NCBI GenBank assembly: GCA_046590275.1
Contig: JBKJTN010000064.1
Span: forward strand, 16,277 to 80,276
Direction: 5' to 3'
Source: Novosphingobium sp.
GTDB taxonomy: Bacteria > Pseudomonadota > Alphaproteobacteria > Sphingomonadales > Sphingomonadaceae
Length of the DNA stretch: 64,000 nucleotides
Each line of letters starts with the position of its first letter. Positions within the stretch are counted from its first letter, which is position 1. Positions 1 through 9,633 of this stretch are shown piece after piece. Below the pieces are notes generated by a model, which saw only the letters and a program-made list of their open reading frames with translations, did not search any database and was not told the DNA's origin. The translations under genes and the position numbers were made by a program.

Positions 1-68
1 TCCGACTCAAGCGCAGCGGCGATGACGATCGCGATGGTCTCGTCGTCTTCTACCAGCAGCACACTCAT
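1..68 (-). CDS. ntrC: Nitrogen regulation response regulator NtrC, N-terminal fragment (runs off the window)
   Basis: Minus-strand ATG at 66-68 overlaps the ntrB stop. It translates to MSVLLVEDDETIAIVIAAALES, a receiver-domain start, and sits directly downstream of ntrB as in the alphaproteobacterial nifR3-ntrBC operon. Confidence 0.7.
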   Translation of the reverse strand, partial: MSVLLVEDDETIAIVIAAALES

Positions 69-1171
69 GCTGCTTCCTCCTGATTGGTGCGGCGGACATC
101 GTTGGCCATCGGCAGGTGAACGCGAAAATGGGTCCATTTTCCGGTCTCGTCACGATCATGGTTCACGCGGCCGTTCATATCGATCACCAGGCGGCGAACG
201 AGCGCAAGCCCCAGCCCCTGCCCGCTCTTTTTGGTTGTCACGAATGGCTCAAAAACATGATCGCGCATGGCTGGATCGATGCCCGGTCCGTTATCCGAAA
301 CGCGCAGTTCGATCGGCAGACGAACCGGCTTGCCGTGCGATGAGGGGTGGAATTGCAGTCCGCTGGCAAAGCGAGTGCGGATAACCACCTGCGGTTTCGC
401 GCCATTGCGGCAAGCCTCGCTGGCATTGGCAAGCAGGTTGATCAGAACCTGCACCAGCGCGTCGATATTGCCCAGCACCGGCGGGAGCGAAGGATCGAAC
501 TCCTCGACCAACTCCGGTACCTGTCCCTTGGCTTCCAGTCCTCCGGCATCAAGCACCGCTCGGGCGCGGCGGATTGCTTCATGGAGATTGCATGGCGTCA
601 GAATTTGCGGCGTGCGACTGCTGAGCGATTGCATCTGGTCGATCAGCTTGGCGATCCGGTCTACTTCACCGGTAATCAAACCGGTAAGCGCCAGCTCCGC
701 ACCTTGCAATTTGCGCCCCAGGAGCTGGGCCGCACCGCGAATTCCGGCGAGCGGGTTCTTGATCTCATGCGCCAGGATTTCCGGCGCGCGCAGCAATACA
801 TCGCCGTCGCCGCTAAGGCTCTCATCCATCGCGCCGACGCTGCTGATGTCATGAATGGTGAGCACTTGCCAACCAAGCGTGTCGATCATCGGTGTGATCG
901 TAACGTCAATCTGCCGCGCTCCCTGACCGACGAGGAAAACGCCTGTTGCACGGGCAGAAATATGCGCCTCGCTGTCGGACAAGCCTTCGGTCAGGCGGGG
1001 CTCATCAAAGCGGAGCAATTCGGCAAGTTGCCGACCGACAAGCCGACGATTGCTCTGGCCAAGAAACTGTTCAGCAGCAGGATTGGCGGAGGCGATAGTC
1101 TGGTCCGGGCCGAGCAGCAGCACTGCCAGCGACAGGCTGGCAAGTTGACGCTGGGCGTCAGGCGCAAGCAT
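65..1171 (-). CDS. ntrB: Nitrogen regulation sensor histidine kinase NtrB
   Basis: Has an H-box HEIKNPLAGIRGAAQLL, an N-box LINLLANASEA and a G-box. The ATG at 1169-1171 overlaps the dusB stop (TGATG). Confidence 0.85.
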   Translation of the reverse strand: MLAPDAQRQLASLSLAVLLLGPDQTIASANPAAEQFLGQSNRRLVGRQLAELLRFDEPRLTEGLSDSEAHISARATGVFLVGQGARQIDVTITPMIDTLGWQVLTIHDISSVGAMDESLSGDGDVLLRAPEILAHEIKNPLAGIRGAAQLLGRKLQGAELALTGLITGEVDRIAKLIDQMQSLSSRTPQILTPCNLHEAIRRARAVLDAGGLEAKGQVPELVEEFDPSLPPVLGNIDALVQVLINLLANASEACRNGAKPQVVIRTRFASGLQFHPSSHGKPVRLPIELRVSDNGPGIDPAMRDHVFEPFVTTKKSGQGLGLALVRRLVIDMNGRVNHDRDETGKWTHFRVHLPMANDVRRTNQEEAA

Positions 1172-2187
1172 CAAGCAGCTTCGCGCTGGAGAAATGGTGC
1201 GTAAAAGGCGCTGAGCGAGCGCACCACTTCCGCCGGATTATCAATGAAGTTCACCCGGTTTCTGAACTCGGCCGATCCGGGCAGTCCCTTGGTGTACCAG
1301 CCGAGGTGCTTACGCGCCATCTTGACCCCGGTTTCGCTACCATAATGATCGAGCATCGTCTCATAATGCTCTAATATCAGGTCGAATTGCTGATCGATTG
1401 TCGGATCCGGCAATGCCACGCCACAACGCAGCCAATGCATTACCTGGCCCAGCAACCACGGCTTGCCATAAGCTCCGCGGCCGATCATCACTCCATCCGC
1501 GCCGCTTTGCTCCAGCGCCTGCGCGGCATCCTCGATCCCGCAAATGTCGCCATTAACAATCACCGGGATCGAAACCGCCTCCTTGACGCGGGCAACAAAG
1601 GCCCAATCAGCCGCGTCGCGGTACATCTGGTTGCGGGTTCGGCCATGGACGGTGACCATCTTGGCGCCCAGATCCTCGGCAATCCGCGCCAGTTCAGGGG
1701 CGTTGAGCGAGGTGTGGTCCCAGCCCATCCGCATCTTGACCGTTACCGGGACGTCCACCGCCTTGACCGTTGCTTCGATGAGCGCAGCGGCCAGCGGCAG
1801 GTCGCGCATCAGCGCCGATCCGGCATCGCCATTGACCACCTTCTTGACCGGACATCCCATGTTGATATCGATAATCGCGGCGCCTCGGTCGGCATTGAGC
1901 TTGGCCGCCTCGGCCATTTCCGCTGGCGAGCAGCCGGCGAGCTGGAGCGAAACCGGCTCTTCCACCGCATCCCACGCCGCTTTTTGCAGCGACTGACGCG
2001 TTTCGCGGATCATTGCCGGGCTGGCGATCATCTCGGTCACATTCAGGCCCGAGCCATAGCGACGAACCAGCTTGCGGAACGGCATATCGGTCACGCCCGT
2101 CATCGGAGCGAGGATCACCGGGCATTTGACTTGCACTGGGCCGATGTTGATCGGGACCAGTTGCGGCGGGATGGGAAGCGGGTTCAT
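1171..2187 (-). CDS. dusB: tRNA-dihydrouridine synthase B (NifR3 family)
   Basis: 338 aa with a Dus family signature ([25 protein letters not shown]). It lies upstream of ntrBC. Confidence 0.9.
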   Translation of the reverse strand: MNPLPIPPQLVPINIGPVQVKCPVILAPMTGVTDMPFRKLVRRYGSGLNVTEMIASPAMIRETRQSLQKAAWDAVEEPVSLQLAGCSPAEMAEAAKLNADRGAAIIDINMGCPVKKVVNGDAGSALMRDLPLAAALIEATVKAVDVPVTVKMRMGWDHTSLNAPELARIAEDLGAKMVTVHGRTRNQMYRDAADWAFVARVKEAVSIPVIVNGDICGIEDAAQALEQSGADGVMIGRGAYGKPWLLGQVMHWLRCGVALPDPTIDQQFDLILEHYETMLDHYGSETGVKMARKHLGWYTKGLPGSAEFRNRVNFIDNPAEVVRSLSAFYAPFLQREAA

Positions 2188-2261
2188 TGTCAGTGCCTAA
2201 AATTTGGGCAGCGCATAGTGGATTGCCCCTTTGACGGCAAGCGATTACCCGCGCGGTTAGT

Positions 2262-3413
2262 ATGAGCGATCCTGTCACCCCCTTCCCTGATACCGCTGCC
2301 GTGATCGTTGCCGCGGGTGCCGGCCTGCGCGCGGGCCAGGATGTTCCCAAACAGTTCGCCCGCTGGCGAGGGAAACCTGTGATCCGTCATTCGGCCGAAG
2401 CCTTTGCCGCAGCAGGTATTTCTCCGATCGTCGTGGTGATTCCTGACGGAGCTGACGCCATCGCTCGGGCTGCACTGGACGGCATCCCCGGCGTTCGGTT
2501 CGTCATTGGCGGTGCAACGCGACAGCAATCGGTTTGCAAAGGCCTTGCAGCGCTTGAAGCCGGCGCTCCGGCTAATGTCCTGATTCACGACGCCGCTCGC
2601 CCCGCCCTGCCCCGCGCTGTGATCGAGCGGCTCATCGCTGCCCTTGCCGTTCAGCCCGGAGCCATCCCGGTTCTGCCAGTTGTTGACAGCTTAGCCGAAG
2701 CAGCTGGCGATCTGATGGGTAATCCGGCTGATCGCTTGGCTTTGCGAAGGGTCCAGACGCCGCAGGCGTTCCGCTTTGCCGGGATACTTGCCGCGCACAA
2801 AGCGTGGCAGAGCGCGGCAGAAGCCGGCGACGATGCCCAGATTGCCCGCGCTGCCGGAATGTCCGTGGCGCTGGTTGAGGGAGATGAATGTTTGAGCAAG
2901 CTAACCTTTGCGAGTGACTTTGGCCCGGCGCTGCCCGCGGTGCGGGTTGGCAGCGGTTATGATGTCCACCGCTTGGCCGATGGCGAGGAACTCTGGCTAT
3001 GCGGGGTAAAGATTGAGCATTCCCAGGGCCTTGCCGGACATAGCGATGCCGATGTCGCAATCCATGCTTTGGTCGATGCGCTTCTCGGTGCGATTGGTCA
3101 GGGCGATATTGGCAGCCATTTTCCGCCTAGCGAAGCCAAATGGCGCGGCGCTTCGTCGGACCGGTTTTTGCGCCACGCTGTCGCTCTTGCGGCTGAGGCA
3201 GGTTACACAGTCGGCAATGTCGATGTCACTTTGATTTGCGAGGCGCCCCGGATCGGTCCACATCGTGATGCTATGCGTAGCCGGCTCGCAGAGCTGCTGG
3301 GCGTTGAAATTGCGGCGGTGAGTGTCAAGGCGACTACCACCGAGCGCCTTGGATTTACTGGCCGCGCCGAAGGGATCGCCGCGCAAGCCGTCGCCACTCT
3401 GTTCCTCAACTAA
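2262..3413 (+). CDS. ispDF: Bifunctional 2-C-methyl-D-erythritol 4-phosphate cytidylyltransferase / MEcPP synthase
   Basis: 383 aa. The N-terminal IspD part (AAVIVAAGAGLR) is fused to C-terminal IspF motifs (GYDVHRL, GHSDADV). Confidence 0.92.
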   Translation: MSDPVTPFPDTAAVIVAAGAGLRAGQDVPKQFARWRGKPVIRHSAEAFAAAGISPIVVVIPDGADAIARAALDGIPGVRFVIGGATRQQSVCKGLAALEAGAPANVLIHDAARPALPRAVIERLIAALAVQPGAIPVLPVVDSLAEAAGDLMGNPADRLALRRVQTPQAFRFAGILAAHKAWQSAAEAGDDAQIARAAGMSVALVEGDECLSKLTFASDFGPALPAVRVGSGYDVHRLADGEELWLCGVKIEHSQGLAGHSDADVAIHALVDALLGAIGQGDIGSHFPPSEAKWRGASSDRFLRHAVALAAEAGYTVGNVDVTLICEAPRIGPHRDAMRSRLAELLGVEIAAVSVKATTTERLGFTGRAEGIAAQAVATLFLN

Positions 3414-3425
3414 GGACATTTACCC

Positions 3426-3956
3426 ATGCGCCGAATTACCGCTGTTCTTGCCGCTGCGCTGGCCGTGACGCCAGCCGCCGTTCAGGCCGCCGAAGCGCCG
3501 TGTCTGACGTCAAGCGAGTTCACCTCGCTGTCGAGCTATGCGTTGCCGAGCATGATTCGCGGCACGGCTCAGCATTGTGCCGGCGTGTTGCCGCGCGAAG
3601 CTTTCCTGCGAAAGGACGGCGTTCAGCTGGCTTCGCGCTATGAAGCCCGCAAAGCGTCATCCTGGCCGGGTGCCAAGGCTGCCTTTATCAAGATCGGTGC
3701 CGCCACCAATCCCCAAGCTGCAGACGTGTTCAAACTTATGTCCGACGATGCATTACAGCCAATGCTCGATGGCCTGATCCAGGGCATGATTGGCCAGCAA
3801 CTGCCGACCGAGCGCTGCAACGCGGTGGATCGGCTGGTCATGCTTCTGGCCCCCCTGCCTGCGGAAAGCACGGCGGAGCTGATTGGACTGGCCGCCGGTT
3901 TCGGAGCGAAGAACGGCAAGGCCAAGGTCGGCCAGTTCAACATCTGCCCCGTCTGA
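3426..3956 (+). CDS. Hypothetical secreted protein
   Basis: 176 aa with a clear signal peptide (MRRITAVLAAALAVTPAAVQA). It is tightly packed between ispDF and the cinA-like gene. No family recognised. Confidence 0.6.
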   Translation: MRRITAVLAAALAVTPAAVQAAEAPCLTSSEFTSLSSYALPSMIRGTAQHCAGVLPREAFLRKDGVQLASRYEARKASSWPGAKAAFIKIGAATNPQAADVFKLMSDDALQPMLDGLIQGMIGQQLPTERCNAVDRLVMLLAPLPAESTAELIGLAAGFGAKNGKAKVGQFNICPV

Positions 3957-4468
3957 TGCCCGCTAACCCGATTTCCGGCAGCCTCTTTCCTGATGAGATC
4001 ATTGCTCTGGCAGCCCGTGTGGTAGCAGAAAACCGCGCTGCCGGCCGAAGCATTGCGCTTGCCGAAAGCTGCACTGGCGGGCTCGTCGCAGCGGCGATCA
4101 CCGAGATTGCCGGATCTTCGGCCGTTCTTGACCGAGGTTTTGTAACCTACTCGAACGAATCCAAGCACGAATTACTGGGTGTTTCGAGCGATATAATCGA
4201 CACATTTGGTTCTGTTTCGATCGCTTGCGCCTGGGCGAGGGCGCAAGGCGCGCTCAAAAAAAGCAGCGCCGACGTGACTGTGGCGATCAGCGGCATAGCT
4301 GGTCCCGATGGCGGAACCGTGCAAAAGCCGGTCGGTACGGTTGTGTTCGCTCGCGCTATCCGCGGCAGTGATGAGGTTACCGCCGAAGAGCGTTTTCTCG
4401 TCGCAACCAGCCGGGCCGATGTCCGGTATCAGGCGACACTGGTCGCGCTGGAATTGCTGCTGCCATAG
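3956..4468 (+). CDS. CinA-family protein / nicotinamide-nucleotide amidohydrolase (PncC-like)
   Basis: 170 aa with CinA C-terminal domain motifs (AESCTGGLVAAAIT, SGIAGPDGG). Its ATG overlaps the preceding stop. Confidence 0.8.
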   Translation: MPANPISGSLFPDEIIALAARVVAENRAAGRSIALAESCTGGLVAAAITEIAGSSAVLDRGFVTYSNESKHELLGVSSDIIDTFGSVSIACAWARAQGALKKSSADVTVAISGIAGPDGGTVQKPVGTVVFARAIRGSDEVTAEERFLVATSRADVRYQATLVALELLLP

Positions 4469-4890
4469 AGCACCTCTGCCCGGGCTTCGAAGGCGCCCAC
4501 CATCTTGCGGAAAGCGCGCTCAAAATACTGACCGGCCAAACGCTCGAACATGGCGTTGCGGAACGTGAATTCAACATTGAAATCAACTTCACAGCCGCCG
4601 CCCTCGCAAACGGAAAAGCGCCAGACATTGTCAAGATCGCGAAGCGGACCATCGACATAATGGACCTTGATCAATTCGGCCCGCCGCTTTTCCACCCGTG
4701 AAGTGAATTTTTCTCGCAGGGCATTGAAACCAATCAACATATCCGCAACCATCTCGGTCTCGCTATCCGAACGGACTCTGGTTGCGACTACCCAGGGCAG
4801 AAAATCGCCATACCTAGCCACATCGGCGACCAGATCGAACATCTGCTCGGCCGACCAGGGCATTCGGCGTACTTCGCGAATGCCCGGCAT
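4429..4890 (-). CDS. SRPBCC / RatA (COQ10-like) family protein
   Basis: 153 aa resembling the polyketide cyclase/dehydrase lipid-binding fold. It sits next to lipA, the usual position in alphaproteobacteria. Confidence 0.72.
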   Translation of the reverse strand: MPGIREVRRMPWSAEQMFDLVADVARYGDFLPWVVATRVRSDSETEMVADMLIGFNALREKFTSRVEKRRAELIKVHYVDGPLRDLDNVWRFSVCEGGGCEVDFNVEFTFRNAMFERLAGQYFERAFRKMVGAFEARAEVLYGSSNSSATSVA

Positions 4891-5819
4891 CAGCGCGTTT
4901 TGGAAAGCTGGGCTTCGCGCGCCGCGCGCATGGCGCGGAAATCATCGCCGGCATGATAGCTTGAGCGGGTCAGAGGGCTTGATGCGACCTGCAGGAAGCC
5001 TTTGGCCCGCGCGATAGCGCCATAAGCAGCGAAAGCCTGCGGGGTCACGAAATCAATCACCTTGGCGTGCCTTGGAGTTGGCTGGAGGTACTGGCCCATC
5101 GTCAGGAAATCGATTCCGGCACAGCGCATGTCATCCATCACCTGATGAACTTCGAGACGCTCCTCGCCCAATCCCAGCATCACTCCGGACTTGGTGAAGA
5201 GGCGCGGATCGTGGCGTTTGACTTGTTCGAGCAGCCGCAACGAAGCATAATAGCGCGCTCCGGGTCGGATTGTCGGATACAGCCGCGGCACCGTCTCGAG
5301 ATTGTGGTTATAGACATCCGGCCCGGCGATCACGATCGATTCGACCGCGCTTTCCATCTTGTTGCGGAAATCGGGCGTGAGAATTTCGATCGTGGTCCCA
5401 GGCGTCGTGCGCCGCAGCGCCTCGATCACCTTGACGAATTGGCTGGCCCCTCCGTCAGCCAGATCATCTCGGTCAACCGAAGTTATCACGATATGCTCAA
5501 GCCCCAGCCTGGCCGCCGCAATCGCAACATGGTCTGGTTCCAGCGGATCGACCGCACGGGGCATCCCGGTCTTGACGTTGCAGAAGGCGCAGGCGCGGGT
5601 GCACACATCGCCCAGAATCATCACGGTAGCGTGCTTCTTGGTCCAGCATTCGCCGATGTTGGGACAAGCAGCTTCCTCGCACACTGTGTTGAGGTTGAGT
5701 TCCCTCATCAATGCGCGGGTTTCGCCATAACCCTTGCTGGTAGGGGCTTTGACGCGAATCCAGTCAGGCTTGCGCTGGCGTTCCGAGGGAGCGGCGGAGT
5801 TTGTCTGAAATGCGGTCAT
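4890..5819 (-). CDS. lipA: Lipoyl synthase
   Basis: Contains a radical-SAM CxxxCxxC (CTRACAFC) and an N-terminal [12 protein letters not shown] cluster. I placed the start at the internal ATG (5817-5819, MTAFQTN...) rather than the ORF-track extension. Confidence 0.92.
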   Translation of the reverse strand: MTAFQTNSAAPSERQRKPDWIRVKAPTSKGYGETRALMRELNLNTVCEEAACPNIGECWTKKHATVMILGDVCTRACAFCNVKTGMPRAVDPLEPDHVAIAAARLGLEHIVITSVDRDDLADGGASQFVKVIEALRRTTPGTTIEILTPDFRNKMESAVESIVIAGPDVYNHNLETVPRLYPTIRPGARYYASLRLLEQVKRHDPRLFTKSGVMLGLGEERLEVHQVMDDMRCAGIDFLTMGQYLQPTPRHAKVIDFVTPQAFAAYGAIARAKGFLQVASSPLTRSSYHAGDDFRAMRAAREAQLSKTR

Positions 5820-5909
5820 CACGAACCGATCTAGTCGCGTTGACCGCGTTTGCCAATGGCGCGGTCCTGCAACTTGCGTTGCCATTTTGTTGCGACTAAC
5901 AAACCTGCC

Positions 5910-6878
5910 ATGGACCATGCGGCGCTCTCAACTTTCACTTCGCCAGTTATTCTGTTCTTCGTGTTGGGACTGCTCGCCGCGACCTTGCGTTCCGAACTCG
6001 CGATTCCAGAAGCGATGGCCAAAGGCATGTCGCTGTACTTGATGGCCGCGATTGGCCTGAAAGGCGGGGTTGCTGTCGCAAAATCCGGGATCGACGCAGA
6101 GATTGCGTTTGCCCTGCTTGCCGGGATCGCGGCCAGCCTCTTGATGCCTCTGCTTGCTTACGCGGCGCTCCGGTATTTTGCCCGGCTTGACCAGATCAAT
6201 GCCGGCGCGGTTGCTGCGCATTATGGTTCTGTAAGCGTCGTGACATTTGTGACCGCCAATGAAGTTCTGGGCGTGATGGCGATGCCGCCCGCCGGGTACA
6301 TGGTGGCAGTGCTGGCCGTGATGGAAACTCCTGCGATTCTGACCGGCTTGATGCTGGCGCGCAAAGGGCAGGCAGATGGTGGTCATGAGCGAGGAGAGTT
6401 GTGGCGCGAAGTGTTCCTCAATGCATCGGTTGTGCTGTTGCTCGGCAGTTTCGCAATCGGCGCAATCGCGGGACCCAAGGGCTTTGCAGATGTGAAGCCA
6501 TTGTTCGATAGCGGCTTCAAAGGCGTTTTGTGTCTGTTCCTGCTCGACATGGGGCTGATCGCTGCTCGGAGGCTGATGGACGCGCGTGCCTTGACCTGGC
6601 GCCTGGCTGTGCTGGCCATCGCCTTCCCGTTGTTCAATGGCACGGTTGGCGTTTTGATAGGCACCGCGATTGGACTTGATCCTGGCTCTGCGGCCGGCTT
6701 TGGTATCCTTTGCGCCAGCGCCAGCTACATTGCAGTGCCCGCGGCGATGCGTTTGGCATTGCCCCAAGCTGATCCAGGCATCTATTTGAGCATGTCTTTG
6801 TCTCTTACCTTCCCGTTCAACATCTTGGTCGGTATTGGTCTGTTCGCTGCCCTGGCGAACCGTCTGGCCGGCGGCTGA
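5910..6878 (+). CDS. Sodium-dependent bicarbonate transport family permease (SbtA-like, DUF897)
   Basis: About 322 aa, polytopic, with an N-terminus of the type [26 protein letters not shown]...GLKGG typical of the SbtA family. I placed the start at ATG 5910. Confidence 0.78.
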   Translation: MDHAALSTFTSPVILFFVLGLLAATLRSELAIPEAMAKGMSLYLMAAIGLKGGVAVAKSGIDAEIAFALLAGIAASLLMPLLAYAALRYFARLDQINAGAVAAHYGSVSVVTFVTANEVLGVMAMPPAGYMVAVLAVMETPAILTGLMLARKGQADGGHERGELWREVFLNASVVLLLGSFAIGAIAGPKGFADVKPLFDSGFKGVLCLFLLDMGLIAARRLMDARALTWRLAVLAIAFPLFNGTVGVLIGTAIGLDPGSAAGFGILCASASYIAVPAAMRLALPQADPGIYLSMSLSLTFPFNILVGIGLFAALANRLAGG

Positions 6879-6887
6879 GGCCTGTCC

Positions 6888-7196
6888 ATGATCGAAACAG
6901 TTATCCGCAAGCGCATTGAAATTCTGGTCGACAGCCCACTTGTTCGGCGGGTTACAGCTGCGATTGACACGGCCGGTATAAGCGGGTGGAGCGTGCTTCC
7001 GGTAACTTCGGGCAGTGGCCGCGAAGGCCGCTGGCACGAAGAGCGAGTGACCGGGGCTGACAAATCCCTGATCCTGTCGATCGCATCACCGGAAAAGGCG
7101 TCTGCATTGGCTGAAGCATTAGCTCCGATCCTCACCAGCCATGGGCTTTTGCTCACCATGTGGGATGTCGAAGTGATCCGCGGGGAACGATTCTGA
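6888..7196 (+). CDS. P-II-like regulatory protein (SbtB-like)
   Basis: 102 aa lying 9 nt after the permease. The pattern KRIEILVDSPLVRRVTAAIDTAGISGWSVLPVTSGSGREG matches the PII/SbtB beta-alpha-beta core and T-loop region. Confidence 0.68.
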   Translation: MIETVIRKRIEILVDSPLVRRVTAAIDTAGISGWSVLPVTSGSGREGRWHEERVTGADKSLILSIASPEKASALAEALAPILTSHGLLLTMWDVEVIRGERF

Positions 7197-7838
7197 ATGC
7201 CTGAATTTGCAGCCCTGATCGAGGGCTATCACCGCTTTCGGGCTGGGGCTTTTCCAACCCAGAAGGAGCGGTTCGATCGTTTGGCCAAGGAAGGACAATC
7301 ACCTAGGCTGATGGTGATCGCCTGCTCTGACAGCCGGGTTGATCCAGCGCAGATCTTCGATGTCGATCCCGGTGAAATCTTCGTTGTCCGCAATGTTGCA
7401 GCGCTGGTCCCTCCATTTGAGACAAGTCCCGGTTATCACGGCGTTTCTGCCGCGTTGGAATTTGCAGTTCAGGTTATCGGCGTTCGCCAGATTCTGGTCA
7501 TGGGGCATGGGATGTGCGGTGGGTGCACCGTTGCCCTAAGCCGCGAAATGCACGGTGCGGAACCTGGTGAAGGCGGTTTCATCGCTAATTGGATTGGATT
7601 GCTCGATCAGGCGCGTGCCACGGTCGCTGCGGTATACGGCACTGATAGTGGCGCTGCACAGCGCGCGATGGAGCAGGCGGCCGTTGAAGTCAGTCTCGCT
7701 AATTTACGCACGTTTCCATGCATTCGGCGCAAGGAACGCGAAGGCACGATCAAACTTCGTGGCGCCTTCTTCGCAATTTCCGACGGGATGCTGCATCTAC
7801 TGGATGAGAATACTGGTCAGTTTCTGCCGGTCGAATAG
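7197..7838 (+). CDS. Beta-class carbonic anhydrase
   Basis: 213 aa with zinc ligand motifs CSDSRV and HGMCGG. Its ATG immediately follows the previous stop (TGAATG). Confidence 0.9.
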   Translation: MPEFAALIEGYHRFRAGAFPTQKERFDRLAKEGQSPRLMVIACSDSRVDPAQIFDVDPGEIFVVRNVAALVPPFETSPGYHGVSAALEFAVQVIGVRQILVMGHGMCGGCTVALSREMHGAEPGEGGFIANWIGLLDQARATVAAVYGTDSGAAQRAMEQAAVEVSLANLRTFPCIRRKEREGTIKLRGAFFAISDGMLHLLDENTGQFLPVE

Positions 7839-7855
7839 CGCAGCGCAAAAGAAAA

Positions 7856-7877
7856 GGGCGGCAGTTGCCTGCCGCCC
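7856..7877 (-). terminator. Intrinsic terminator-like hairpin between convergent genes
   Basis: GGGCGGCAG-TTGC-CTGCCGCCC forms a 9-bp GC stem. On the minus strand it is followed by a T-rich tract (CTTTTCTTTTG). Confidence 0.5.
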
Positions 7878-7902
7878 TTCCCCAATCTGAATCCGATTCG
7901 AA

Positions 7903-9333
7903 TTACATAGCCGGCTTGACGGCCAGCGTTGCTGCATAGATCGACCAAAGGCCGGCCATCGTCTTGCGAGGACCAGAGACCTTGGCCAGCGTTACCTTGG
8001 CTTCAGCAATCTGGCCAAGACCGATCTGCGCAATCGCCAGGCGGGTATTGGCGCGGTCTTTATCGGCACCGGGCTTTGCTTCGGCAATCGTGTAGAGTTC
8101 GGCTGCCTTGGCAAAATCGTCATAGCTCAGGAATGCGTCAGCGGCGGCCATCGCGGTTGCTGCTGTCGCCTTGGCAGAACGAGCGTCGCGCTCAAACGCT
8201 GGTAGCGAGGCCTTGTCGGCAGCCAGCCGCTGATTGGCGATCGTCCGTGACTCAGAGACGAACACATCATTGGCCCTGAGCTTGCCAGCCGCAGTACCGA
8301 GCGCGATGACCTTGAGAACTTCCCCCGGCGAGCGGCGCGCATCGGCAGCCTCGATATAATCGACGTAATCACGCTCTTCGACGAAGCTATTGGTTCGCGC
8401 CATCAGCCGCAACAGATCAAGCGATTCCTGCGCCGGGAACTTGCCAATATCGCGGACAATGGCAATTGCTGCATTCCAGTTGGTGGCGCTGGGATAGGCT
8501 TCGGCCAATGCCGCGCTGAAAAAGCCGGCGTCGGACAACAGCTTGTTGTTGTAAGCCACCGAAAGGCCGCGGCGCATCACGTTCTGGCCAGCCGGCTTGC
8601 CGCTCGTCCGGCCTGCTTCGACTAGCTGGCGCATAATGGCGAGGCCTTGGGGCACCTGCTTGTCGATGACATAGGCTTCCGCCAGCAGCGCGTCAGCATC
8701 ATTATCGTGATAGCCACCGTTTGTCGCAACAGTCAGAGCGCTGCGGGCCGTGACGAAATCCTTGGCATCATAGGCCAGCGAGCCGAGGTAGAAATTGAGC
8801 TTTGGCTGTTCGGCCACCGCAACTTTTCCGCTTTCCAGCATTGAAGCCAGGCCACGGCGCAAGATTGCGTTATCCTTCGACACCTGGCCAAGCGTCAGTG
8901 CAAAATTGCCAGCCATGAATCGATCGTCTTGGTTCACTATGAGCGCATAAGCGGCCTCGAGCTGAGCCTTTTCCGCCGTGAGCGTGGTCCCAAGCGCGGC
9001 CAGAGCAGCAGCATGGTTGTCATTGGCAGTCTTGCGTGCAGGCGCGCCCTGCGCCGCTTTGACCGCAGCGTCGGTTGCTTCAGTTCGGGCGCGTGCCGCG
9101 ACTACCTCTGCTCGGGATTTTGCCCCTTCGATCGCCTTCTGCAACGGACCCGCGGCGGCCATGAATGGCTTGGACAGGCTAAGCTTTGGCGCGGCCGGCT
9201 TCTTTTCAGCAGCCTGCGCCGCAGCGCTGTCCATTCCTGCTGCGGCGATTGTTCCCAGCGCAAGCGCGCAACCCAGCGCCGAGCGGGTAAGCAAGCCCAT
9301 TGCAGTGTGGGTAAGAAGGGTGCTGCGAATCAT
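7903..9333 (-). CDS. Secreted Ala-rich TPR-like repeat protein, function unknown
   Basis: 476 aa with a signal peptide and repetitive helical A/L-rich segments. The coding bias is consistent with its neighbours. Confidence 0.62.
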   Translation of the reverse strand: MIRSTLLTHTAMGLLTRSALGCALALGTIAAAGMDSAAAQAAEKKPAAPKLSLSKPFMAAAGPLQKAIEGAKSRAEVVAARARTEATDAAVKAAQGAPARKTANDNHAAALAALGTTLTAEKAQLEAAYALIVNQDDRFMAGNFALTLGQVSKDNAILRRGLASMLESGKVAVAEQPKLNFYLGSLAYDAKDFVTARSALTVATNGGYHDNDADALLAEAYVIDKQVPQGLAIMRQLVEAGRTSGKPAGQNVMRRGLSVAYNNKLLSDAGFFSAALAEAYPSATNWNAAIAIVRDIGKFPAQESLDLLRLMARTNSFVEERDYVDYIEAADARRSPGEVLKVIALGTAAGKLRANDVFVSESRTIANQRLAADKASLPAFERDARSAKATAATAMAAADAFLSYDDFAKAAELYTIAEAKPGADKDRANTRLAIAQIGLGQIAEAKVTLAKVSGPRKTMAGLWSIYAATLAVKPAM

Positions 9334-9633
9334 GGTAATCGTCTCCTAGGGCAGCCGACAAGGTACGGACTTTCCACCGCCTGATCGGTCCAAAACTTCC
9401 AACTCGTTAGTGGCGGGAATCCACGCGTTTGGCAACAGGGTGGCGAACTAGGGCCGATCCACTGAACGATGATTGAATGGCTTTTGCGCCAGCTATTCAG
9501 CAACTATCCCGCAGGTGTGGAAAACAAGCGGCTTGCGCGGGCGTATAGGCGGGTTTGACTGGCCTTCCCTACCCCGCTGCCCTAGGGCGGGTGAATACCC
9601 AATTCCCTGCAAATTTAGCGATTGAACAGCTGC

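Noticed and set aside
4429-4468. A 40-nt convergent overlap of the cinA-like and ratA-like 3' ends.
   Set aside because: It results from a late stop in the RatA-like frame. Nothing suggests a functional antisense arrangement.
5928-7037. A 369-aa minus-strand ORF covering the SbtA-like and PII-like genes.
   Set aside because: It is antisense to a polytopic permease with a clear family signature. The translation is His/Arg/Gln-rich low complexity, so it is a GC-shadow ORF.
9334-9633. The 288-bp region upstream of gyrA and a 139-aa antisense ORF (9493-9912), considered for an sRNA or small gene.
   Set aside because: It holds only short weak hairpins. The ORF overlaps the gyrA start in antisense and has no start context. 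It is most simply the gyrA promoter and leader.
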